Below, piece after piece: positions 8,768 through 15,739 of a DNA stretch of 20,000 nucleotides. The stretch's first letter is position 1. Every line of letters begins with the position of its first letter. Origin of the DNA: an uncultured virus (IMG/VR IMGVR_UViG_3300020375_000072) (Duplodnaviria > Heunggongvirae > Uroviricota > Caudoviricetes); IMG/VR virus record IMGVR_UViG_3300020375_000072, one strand, 5' to 3'. The notes below the pieces were generated by a model, which was not told where the DNA came from, searched no databases, and saw only the letters and a program-made list of their open reading frames with translations. The translations under genes and the position numbers were made by a program.

Positions 8768-10030
8768 ATGGATAAAATGAAATGGTGGAATCGTGACCGG
8801 TTTAAACACGTGACACGACCTTATTCTCACAGTGAAGTCAAATCATTAAGCGGTTCCTTGAAGATAGAATATACGCTCGCAAAAATTGGATCAGAAAAGC
8901 TCTGGGACATATTACATACTAAAAAATACGTTAGTGCATTGGGTGCATTGACAGGCAATCAGGCAATGCAACAGGCAAAGGCGGGACTCGATTCAGTATA
9001 TCTTTCTGGATGGCAAGTCGCTGGTGATGCGAATGATAGTCTACAAATGTATCCTGATCAATCATTATATGCAGTCAGCAGTGTTCCCACAATAGTCAAA
9101 AGAATCAACAATACATTTCAACGTGCGGATCAAATCCAAAGAATGGAAGATAAGACACCATTACATCACAAATGGATAGATTATTTTCTTCCAATTGTAG
9201 CTGATGCGGAGTCAGGATTTGGTGGAGTTCTCAATACACATGAATTAGTAAAAGCATTAATTGAGGCTGGTGCATCAGGGATACATTTAGAGGACCAACT
9301 ATCATCTGCTAAAAAGTGTGGGCACATGGGAGGAAAGGTTTTAGTTCCTACTCAAGATATGATTAACAAACTTATAGCCTCAAGATTAGCCGCAGACATT
9401 ATGGATGTACCAACTGTAATTATTGCAAGAACTGATGCTCTATCTGGTGCATTGTTACAGACTGATAGTGACGGACAAGATCGTAAATTTATGACGGGTG
9501 AAAGAACCGAAGAAGGATTTTTCAGAACAAAAGCTGGAATGGATCAAGCGGTAGCAAGAGGTTTGGCGTATGGAGAATATTGTGATCTGTTATGGATGGA
9601 AACAGGAAACCCTGACATTGGAGAATGTAGAGAATTTGTACAAGATATTAGATCAATATATCCAAATATGTTATTTGCATACAACTGTTCACCATCATTC
9701 AACTGGAAAGCAAAATTGAGTGATAAAGAGATTAGAACTTTCAAAGATGAACTAGGAGATCTGGATGTAAAATATCAATTCATAACTCTAGCAGGATTTC
9801 ATTCTTTGAATTATGGTATGTTTGAACTATCTGAAAAGTATAGGGATACTGGTATGTCTGGTTTTGTTGAACTTCAAGAAAAGGAATTTGCAGCACAAGA
9901 AAGAGGATTTACAGCAGTCAAACATCAACGGGAGGTTGGTGCTAGTTATTTTGATCAGATTGGACAATTATGTACAGGAAGTTCAGATCTTAGTGCGATT
10001 AAAGGTTCAACAGAAGAGGAACAATTTTAA
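8768..10030 (+). CDS. aceA: Isocitrate lyase (short bacterial type)
   Basis: Catalytic loop KKCGHMGGK, plus YLSGWQVA, YPDQSLY, PIVADAESGFGG, IHLEDQ, ARTDA, LWMET, AYNCSPSFNW, QFITLAGFH, HQREVG and C-terminal GSTEEEQF. Confidence 0.97.
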   Translation: MDKMKWWNRDRFKHVTRPYSHSEVKSLSGSLKIEYTLAKIGSEKLWDILHTKKYVSALGALTGNQAMQQAKAGLDSVYLSGWQVAGDANDSLQMYPDQSLYAVSSVPTIVKRINNTFQRADQIQRMEDKTPLHHKWIDYFLPIVADAESGFGGVLNTHELVKALIEAGASGIHLEDQLSSAKKCGHMGGKVLVPTQDMINKLIASRLAADIMDVPTVIIARTDALSGALLQTDSDGQDRKFMTGERTEEGFFRTKAGMDQAVARGLAYGEYCDLLWMETGNPDIGECREFVQDIRSIYPNMLFAYNCSPSFNWKAKLSDKEIRTFKDELGDLDVKYQFITLAGFHSLNYGMFELSEKYRDTGMSGFVELQEKEFAAQERGFTAVKHQREVGASYFDQIGQLCTGSSDLSAIKGSTEEEQF

Positions 10031-10036
10031 TAACTA

Positions 10037-10043
10037 CTAAATA
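10037..10043 (+). promoter_or_regulatory. Candidate T4-like late promoter (CTAAATA) upstream of the PRTase-BMP-permease genes
   Basis: TAAATA core in the short gap between aceA and ATG 10081. Confidence 0.4.
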
Positions 10044-10051
10044 AAATTATT

Positions 10052-10068
10052 GGGAGCGGAAGGCTCTT
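10052..10068 (+). promoter_or_regulatory. Leader hairpin with GGAAG loop just upstream of the SD of the gpt-like gene
   Basis: GGGAGC-GGAAG-GCTCTT (4 Watson-Crick + 2 G-U pairs), followed by GAGGT SD. Confidence 0.45.
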
Positions 10069-10080
10069 TGAGGTATATTC

Positions 10081-10536
10081 ATGATTAAAAAATGGTATGA
10101 TTGGAAAGAAATGCGAAGAGATGTGAACACTCTTTGTAGAGAGATTGTTCTCGCAAAATTCGACCCTGATGTTATAGTAGGTATATCAAGGGGAGGACTC
10201 TTACCAGGAGTCATGATGAGTCATTGGTTACAAAAACCTTTCAAACCAATTAAAGCAGCATTAAGAGATTTTCCAGAATGGGAAGATTATTTACCAAGAA
10301 AAACTGATAAACGTGTTTTAATTGTTGATGATGTGTGTGACTCTGGTGAAACTTTTCATAAAATTAAAACTTTTATTACAGAGAGAGCAAACGGTGTAGA
10401 TGTCCGGTTTGCTGTTCTTTGGTGGAATAATGAGTGTAATTTTGAACCTCATTATTATGCACAGGAATGTGCGAAGGATTCAGAAGATATCTGGATTCAT
10501 TTTCCCTGGGAGCATTGGTGGAATGTTCCCGTTTAA
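10081..10536 (+). CDS. Type I phosphoribosyltransferase, xanthine/guanine/hypoxanthine (Gpt-like)
   Basis: VGISRGGL.PG, PRPP-binding loop VLIVDDVCDSGET and C-terminal WIHFPWE, typical of Gpt-like PRTases. Confidence 0.85.
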   Translation: MIKKWYDWKEMRRDVNTLCREIVLAKFDPDVIVGISRGGLLPGVMMSHWLQKPFKPIKAALRDFPEWEDYLPRKTDKRVLIVDDVCDSGETFHKIKTFITERANGVDVRFAVLWWNNECNFEPHYYAQECAKDSEDIWIHFPWEHWWNVPV

Positions 10537-10540
10537 CAAT

Positions 10541-10559
10541 TTAACTCGGAAGGAGTTAA
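10541..10559 (+). promoter_or_regulatory. SD-sequestering hairpin with GGAAG loop before the BMP gene
   Basis: Perfect 7-bp inverted repeat TTAACTC-GGAAG-GAGTTAA containing the AAGGAG SD and ending 1 nt before ATG 10561. Confidence 0.6.
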
Positions 10560-10560
10560 G

Positions 10561-11646
10561 ATGAAGAAAATCATTGCCTTAGTGGCGGTGGCTACAATGT
10601 TTGTAGCTTTTAGTATTAGTATCGTTGGTAAGAAATTACCTTCAGTTGGTTATGTTCTAGTGGGTCCAAAAAATGATGGTGGATGGTCGATGAGACATTC
10701 ACAAGGATTTGAATCTCTAACAAAACATGGTTATAACGTTTCTGGAGTGGAAGCTGTACCAGAAGCAGAATCTGCAAAAATATTTCTTAAACTTGCACGA
10801 AAACATGATATTGTTTTTGGAACATCTTTTGGATATATGGATGGAATGGTAAAAGCTGCAAAGAAAGCACCGGATACGATTTTCATGCACGCTACGGGTT
10901 TTAAAGGTAGTGAAAATATGGACAACTATAATTGTCAGTCCTATCAAGCACGATACCTTACAGGTATAGCTGCGGGTCTGTTGACCAAAACAAATAAGAT
11001 TGGAGTAGTTGGATCTCATCCAATTCCTGAAATTATTCGTAATATCAATGCGATTGCAATTGGTGCAAGATCAGTTAATCCAAAAGCAGAAGTTAGTATC
11101 GTCTGGATAAATTCTTGGTTTAATCCTCCTAAAGACATGGAAGCAGCCAAAGCACTTCTTGATGATGGAAATGATATTTTATATACAACAACAGATTCAC
11201 CTAGTGTAGTTGTACTTGCACAACAAGCTTGGAAAAAAGATGGTCAAGAAGTATGGAGTATGGGTAATGATGCACCTATGGGTAGCCACGGCCCAGACCG
11301 TTATGTTACTGGTATGATGTTCAACTGGAATGTCCTCTATAAACACCTCGTTGATCAACTTGCAGCAGGGAAGCTGAAAATGGGTCAAAGTTGGAGTTGG
11401 GGATTACAAAAAAATTGTGTTGGATTATCGCCTTGGGGTAAAAATGTACCAGGACATGTTGTGAATATAGTTGAAACAGTTAAAATGAACTGGATCAATG
11501 ATAAGATGGATCAATTTTTTCCATATTCATCAGGTATTACTAAGCAGGATGGAACAAAAATTGCTGCTGGTGTTATCAAAAGACCTACGTTGGAAACTAT
11601 GCAATATTTTGTAGAGGGCGTTGTTAATAAATTTCCTGTGCAATAG
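10561..11646 (+). CDS. BMP-family (PnrA-like) periplasmic substrate-binding protein, probably for purines or nucleosides
   Basis: N-terminal signal peptide without lipobox Cys. Family motifs GPKNDGGW...H..G, GTSFGY, RYLTGIAAG..TKTNKIG.V...PIPEI.R.INA...GA..VNP and SWFNP. Confidence 0.88.
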   Translation: MKKIIALVAVATMFVAFSISIVGKKLPSVGYVLVGPKNDGGWSMRHSQGFESLTKHGYNVSGVEAVPEAESAKIFLKLARKHDIVFGTSFGYMDGMVKAAKKAPDTIFMHATGFKGSENMDNYNCQSYQARYLTGIAAGLLTKTNKIGVVGSHPIPEIIRNINAIAIGARSVNPKAEVSIVWINSWFNPPKDMEAAKALLDDGNDILYTTTDSPSVVVLAQQAWKKDGQEVWSMGNDAPMGSHGPDRYVTGMMFNWNVLYKHLVDQLAAGKLKMGQSWSWGLQKNCVGLSPWGKNVPGHVVNIVETVKMNWINDKMDQFFPYSSGITKQDGTKIAAGVIKRPTLETMQYFVEGVVNKFPVQ

Positions 11647-11856
11647 GTGAGTAAAGTAAAACAGCCTGATCCACTTAGTGAGGGTTGGGAGGAATATAAG
11701 GAGCTCGTTCGTACACATTTAATGACGAGCGAGCCCCGTAGTAAATGTTTAACACATGAAAATTGTCATTTAAATTCTTTTTATCCAGGAAAATTGTATC
11801 GTGCAATGAAAATGGAAAGAGATGAAAATGGCACTCTTAGAATAATTAAGGAGTAA
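11647..11856 (+). CDS. Small hypothetical protein (GTG start)
   Basis: 69-aa ORF filling the gap between the BMP stop and the permease RBS. Confidence 0.45.
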   Translation: MSKVKQPDPLSEGWEEYKELVRTHLMTSEPRSKCLTHENCHLNSFYPGKLYRAMKMERDENGTLRIIKE

Positions 11857-11860
11857 TAAT

Positions 11861-12994
11861 ATGGAAGGCTTATTTGAAAGTATTTTGACCGCAATAGCGG
11901 TCGTGATTAATGGTATACCTCAGGGGATTTTAGCCTTATCCTTTGGGTTTGCCGCATTTCCTACCGCAATTGCATTTGTTATTGGTATTTTAGGTTCAAT
12001 AGCATTTGCTTCAGTAGCAACTATTTCGTTTCAAGCAGAAACGATTACGCTCGCTGGTACTTTGGGTAGTACTATGAAAGAGAGATTATCTCTCATATTT
12101 TGGGGTGCCGCATTATTGTTGATTCCATCAATACTTGGAATGAATGAGGCACTTGTTCAATTTATAGGACCAGTAGTTGTTACATCAATGATGTGTGGTG
12201 TTGGTCTTATGTTGGCAAACGTGTCAATGGATTTATTCAATTCAGAGAAGTGGACAGGTATAGCATCAATGGTTAGTGCATTGGTTGTTTGGTTCTGGAC
12301 TAAAGATCTGGCATGGACAATCATTGCATCCGTAGCTATTTCTACTGCATTTTATGTCTTACTTAAAACCAATGCAATGTTACGAGAAACATTGGGAGTA
12401 GAGTTAGAAGAAATTACAGTAGATCATTCAAGAGAAAAATTCACTACAGGAAACATTGAGTGGAAGTTCTGGACAAATCGGAATATTGTCTTAGGTGCGT
12501 TATCTCTTGCGTGTTTAAACATAGGTGCAAACATTTCATTCGGTAAGATTACTGGATCTATTGCTGGTACAAATACAAATATTGACCATTTGGCAATTTA
12601 TTCAAGTCTTGCGGATATGGGATCTGCGTTCTTTGGTGGTGGGCCTGTTGAGGCAATCATCTCTGGAACTGCTGCGGCACCGATGCCAGTTGTCGCATCT
12701 TGTATTATGATGGGAATTATGGCGGTCATTCTTTTGACTAAATTACTTCCTGTTATTGGACAATATGTACATAGAGCATCCATTGCGGGTTTTCTTTTTG
12801 TACTGGGTGTTTTTGTAACATTTATGACAAACATCAATGGTGCGATTGCACAAGCGGGTGATTTCGCAGGACCATATGGATTTGGCCCGATGGGAATGGT
12901 AATTGGTGCAACCGCCTTTGTAACTATGAAGTTTAATCCGTTCTATGGATTGGTTGCGGGGTTTTTGACACAATTAGCCTTTACAGGAGTGTAA
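11861..12994 (+). CDS. NCS2/xanthine-uracil permease-like membrane transporter
   Basis: About 10-12 hydrophobic segments, ISFQAETIT, NIGANISFGKIT and FGGGPVEAIISGTA (NCS2-like signature region). AAGGAG SD; lies next to a purine PRTase. Confidence 0.75.
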   Translation: MEGLFESILTAIAVVINGIPQGILALSFGFAAFPTAIAFVIGILGSIAFASVATISFQAETITLAGTLGSTMKERLSLIFWGAALLLIPSILGMNEALVQFIGPVVVTSMMCGVGLMLANVSMDLFNSEKWTGIASMVSALVVWFWTKDLAWTIIASVAISTAFYVLLKTNAMLRETLGVELEEITVDHSREKFTTGNIEWKFWTNRNIVLGALSLACLNIGANISFGKITGSIAGTNTNIDHLAIYSSLADMGSAFFGGGPVEAIISGTAAAPMPVVASCIMMGIMAVILLTKLLPVIGQYVHRASIAGFLFVLGVFVTFMTNINGAIAQAGDFAGPYGFGPMGMVIGATAFVTMKFNPFYGLVAGFLTQLAFTGV

Positions 12995-13001
12995 TATGGC
13001 T
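12976..13001 (+). promoter_or_regulatory. Hairpin presenting GGAG (SD) in the loop and covering the start codon of the APRT-like gene
   Basis: TTACA-GGAG-TGTAA (12981-12994), extended by AGCC (12976-12979) pairing with GGCT (12998-13001). Confidence 0.4.
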
Positions 13002-13586
13002 TGGGGAGAACCTTTTGCGGATGAGTTCTATGAATTAGATGTTGCAGGACTTACACGTAAATTACCCAAAGTGAAAATTCATGACGAGCTCGCTATTGCG
13101 AGCTTTGTCATGTTGGGTGATACAGAATTAATAGAAGAATGTGCTGAAGCAATTATTCTTCATACAGATTTTCCTAAAGATGGAATTGACATTTTATGTA
13201 CACCAGAAGCAAAGGGAATACCGTTGGTACATACCATTGCAAGAAGGTTGAAAAAAGATTATGTCATTGCAAGAAAAGGCATCAAGGGATATATGAATAA
13301 TCCTATGATAGAAAAAGTTCAATCTATTACAACTATAGGAGCACAAACACTTGTCCTTGATAGTTGTGATGTTAAAAAATTAGAAGGAAAGAACGTTTGT
13401 ATTATTGATGATGTAGTTTCTACAGGTGGTTCTTTGATAGGACTTCAGGCAATGTTAGAAAAAATTGATTGTTCTATTATATGTAAAGCGGCAGTCTTAT
13501 TAGAAGAGGCTGGATATGATAAGGGTGATATAATTTTTTTAGAAAAATTACCAATTTTTAAACCGAATAATGATTCCGATAATTGA
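12996..13586 (+). CDS. Type I phosphoribosyltransferase, adenine/xanthine PRT-like (Apt/Xpt family)
   Basis: TPEAKGIPL, YVIARK..K.YM, SITT and PRPP loop IIDDVVSTGGS. Confidence 0.85.
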   Translation: MAWGEPFADEFYELDVAGLTRKLPKVKIHDELAIASFVMLGDTELIEECAEAIILHTDFPKDGIDILCTPEAKGIPLVHTIARRLKKDYVIARKGIKGYMNNPMIEKVQSITTIGAQTLVLDSCDVKKLEGKNVCIIDDVVSTGGSLIGLQAMLEKIDCSIICKAAVLLEEAGYDKGDIIFLEKLPIFKPNNDSDN

Positions 13587-14493
13587 TTTTCATAGCAAAA
13601 CTGTAGAACAACAGATGTATGTTGCATACACCACTTGTGGTTTTGCAGTATTTACTAATGTTTATGATGAATGGTTATTAGAATTTCGAGATTGGCGTCA
13701 TCTCATGGAGGAGTTCTTTAATCTTCCAGTTGATATAAAACAACAGTACGCATATAGTGGTGTTACTGAAAATATTGGTTATAACTGGTTGGAAGAAGAA
13801 AGATTGACGCCAACCATGCCCGGTGATTTGAAAGAATCATACAATTGGGTATCTCCAGATAGGATGCAGGAACAATACTGGCCTACGGAGATACCTGATT
13901 TCAAACCTATGGCTCAAAAGATTGAACGGATATCAAGAATGTTGTCCTATCAATTTCTCTATAGATTTGAAAAAGTTTTGCGTTTACCTACTGGATCATT
14001 AGTAGAGAAACATATAGATGGTTCTGCAACCATGAGAATAATTCATTATCCTGCATGGGACGGAGAAATAAAAGAAGGTCAAGTCAGGGGTGGAGCTCAT
14101 ACTGATTATGGTTCAATCACTTTACTCTGGCGATTTGATGATGTTGGTGGTCTACAAATACAGGACAGAGAAACAAATTATTGGGTTGATGTTCCTGTTG
14201 TAGAAAATTCTATTGTATTAAATATTGCAGATATGTTTGCGAGGTGGTCAAATGATACCTTAAAATCTTCCAATCATAGAATAGTTAATACTGATCTTAC
14301 AAGACCACGATACTCAATGCCATATTTTGTTGATCCTGGTAGAGATGTGATGATTGAAAACCTCACAAATAAACCAGACAAATACCCCCCAATTTCTGCA
14401 TATGAATACCTCAAATGGAGATTAGCACAATCTTATGATGATGATGATTATGTAGAAAATGAACAAGTAATGGAAGATCAACGTAAAAAATGA
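13570..14493 (+). CDS. Isopenicillin N synthase-family 2OG-Fe(II) dioxygenase (copy 2)
   Basis: IPIIDF, GDLKESY, HYP, GAHTDYGSITLL, GLQI, WSND..KS.NHRI and RYSMPYF. Collinear paralog of 7732..8691. Confidence 0.9.
   Translation: MIPIIDFHSKTVEQQMYVAYTTCGFAVFTNVYDEWLLEFRDWRHLMEEFFNLPVDIKQQYAYSGVTENIGYNWLEEERLTPTMPGDLKESYNWVSPDRMQEQYWPTEIPDFKPMAQKIERISRMLSYQFLYRFEKVLRLPTGSLVEKHIDGSATMRIIHYPAWDGEIKEGQVRGGAHTDYGSITLLWRFDDVGGLQIQDRETNYWVDVPVVENSIVLNIADMFARWSNDTLKSSNHRIVNTDLTRPRYSMPYFVDPGRDVMIENLTNKPDKYPPISAYEYLKWRLAQSYDDDDYVENEQVMEDQRKK
14182..14214 (+). repeat. 33-bp direct repeat (32/33 identical) of 8338..8370, inside the two IPNS-family paralogs
   Basis: tgggttgatgttcctgt[a/t]gtagaaaattctatt at 8338 and 14182. 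A second shared 16-mer, ctctatagatttgaaa, lies at 8122 and 13957. Confidence 0.9.
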
Positions 14494-14927
14494 TAGATTT
14501 ATTTCAGAAAATAGATTTTACATCTCATGCAGGATTAGATCTGACATGGAAAATTGAAATGGATGCACTTTCACAAAAAGAGTGGGAGTGTATATCGACT
14601 ATGATATTAGAACTTTCCCCACCATTCAGAGAAGCGATAGGAATCCCCACAGGTGGTGTTAAATTGCAAAACTTGTTGAATCAGTATGGAACAGGAGAGA
14701 GAACAGATCCAATTTGTATTGTTGATGATGTTCTTACTACAGGTAATTCAATGAATGAGTTTTTACAAATCTGCGGGTGCTTTGGGAGTCTCCCAAATCC
14801 CAACACGTATATAGGATGGGTAGTATTTGCAAGAAATAAGCCTCCTCACTGGTGTAAGGCATTATTTCAAATGCCAATACAGAATGGATGGAAGACAATT
14901 GGAGGCCCCGGCTACAATTATAAATAA
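14490..14927 (+). CDS. Compact type I phosphoribosyltransferase, orotate PRT-like
   Basis: FTSHAG...WKIE.DAL (resembles the OPRT FxLxSG...YxD hood), GIPTGG and IVDDVLTTGNS. Confidence 0.7.
   Translation: MIDLFQKIDFTSHAGLDLTWKIEMDALSQKEWECISTMILELSPPFREAIGIPTGGVKLQNLLNQYGTGERTDPICIVDDVLTTGNSMNEFLQICGCFGSLPNPNTYIGWVVFARNKPPHWCKALFQMPIQNGWKTIGGPGYNYK
14919..14926 (+). promoter_or_regulatory. TATAAATA T4 late-promoter consensus
   Basis: Exact T4 late box, but only 3 nt before ATG 14930. It would give a near-leaderless transcript, or it is a chance match. Confidence 0.3.
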
Positions 14928-14929
14928 CA

Positions 14930-15148
14930 ATGACAAAGACATTTGAAGCATTTCAGAGTATATTAATAAATGAAATAGATAAAACAAAACGTTTTATTAC
15001 AGAAGTAAGAAAAAAGAAGTCTACTGATGTGGAGGAAATTATTCTACCACAACAACTTAAATATTATATACGAGGACTTCAATTTTCATTAGATGCTCTA
15101 AACAGTATTCAAGATTATTATGAAAACTCACAAGATAGCGGGGATTGA
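14930..15148 (+). CDS. Hypothetical protein
   Basis: 72-aa ORF packed between its neighbours. Confidence 0.55.
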   Translation: MTKTFEAFQSILINEIDKTKRFITEVRKKKSTDVEEIILPQQLKYYIRGLQFSLDALNSIQDYYENSQDSGD

Positions 15149-15728
15149 TTACTCATTAACTAGTCCCGCAGTTACGATATATCATGGCAACAGATGGAAT
15201 TATAATGACGTTGAGCATTATTGTATTGCTAATAATACTAGCCAAATGGGGAGGTGGTCCGCCATTCAAAATGTAAAAGTTACATTATATGAATCTTGGA
15301 CTGATGCCTTAGAACGGTATGAATTTTTAGCAGATTGGGTAATACACAATCTATTATATGCAAATTTTAATAAGACTGTAAATATACCCTATGATAAACC
15401 AGATCTTGTTGTATTGGAAGATTATGCGTATGCGGCAACTGGTAGAGTCTTTCATATTGCTGAAAACATGGCTATTTTGAAATATAAATTGAAAAAACAT
15501 GGTGTTAAATATATAATAGTACCACCAACAGTAATTAAAAAATTTGCGACAGGCAAGGGAACCGCTAATAAGGAACTAATGTACGAAAATTTTTGTGAAG
15601 AAACCAAAACAAAAATAAACTTGACAATATCTCCTAAATCTGATACAATAAAGAATCCTACAAGTGACATTGTAGACTCATACTATATTTGTAAATATGG
15701 GTATAATAACTTGACAATTACAAAATAG
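15120..15728 (+). CDS. RuvC-like Holliday junction resolvase
   Basis: Acidic catalytic motifs IAGIDYSLTSPA, VVLEDY and DIVDSY, plus PTVIKKFATGKG.A.KE.M. Confidence 0.8.
   Translation: MKTHKIAGIDYSLTSPAVTIYHGNRWNYNDVEHYCIANNTSQMGRWSAIQNVKVTLYESWTDALERYEFLADWVIHNLLYANFNKTVNIPYDKPDLVVLEDYAYAATGRVFHIAENMAILKYKLKKHGVKYIIVPPTVIKKFATGKGTANKELMYENFCEETKTKINLTISPKSDTIKNPTSDIVDSYYICKYGYNNLTITK
15621..15649 (+). promoter_or_regulatory. sigma70-type (phage early) promoter P1 inside the RuvC-like gene
   Basis: TTGACA-N17-TACAAT with extended -10 TG and an A-rich upstream tract (aaaacaaaaataaac). Confidence 0.7.
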
Positions 15729-15739
15729 GATGATATAAT
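15711..15739 (+). promoter_or_regulatory. sigma70-type (phage early) promoter P2
   Basis: Perfect TTGACA-N17-TATAAT with extended TG. The -10 box overlaps ATG 15738. Confidence 0.75.

Noticed and set aside
8951..8980. Three CAGGCAA repeats in aceA
   Set aside because: Explained by coding for the conserved TGNQAMQQAK segment.
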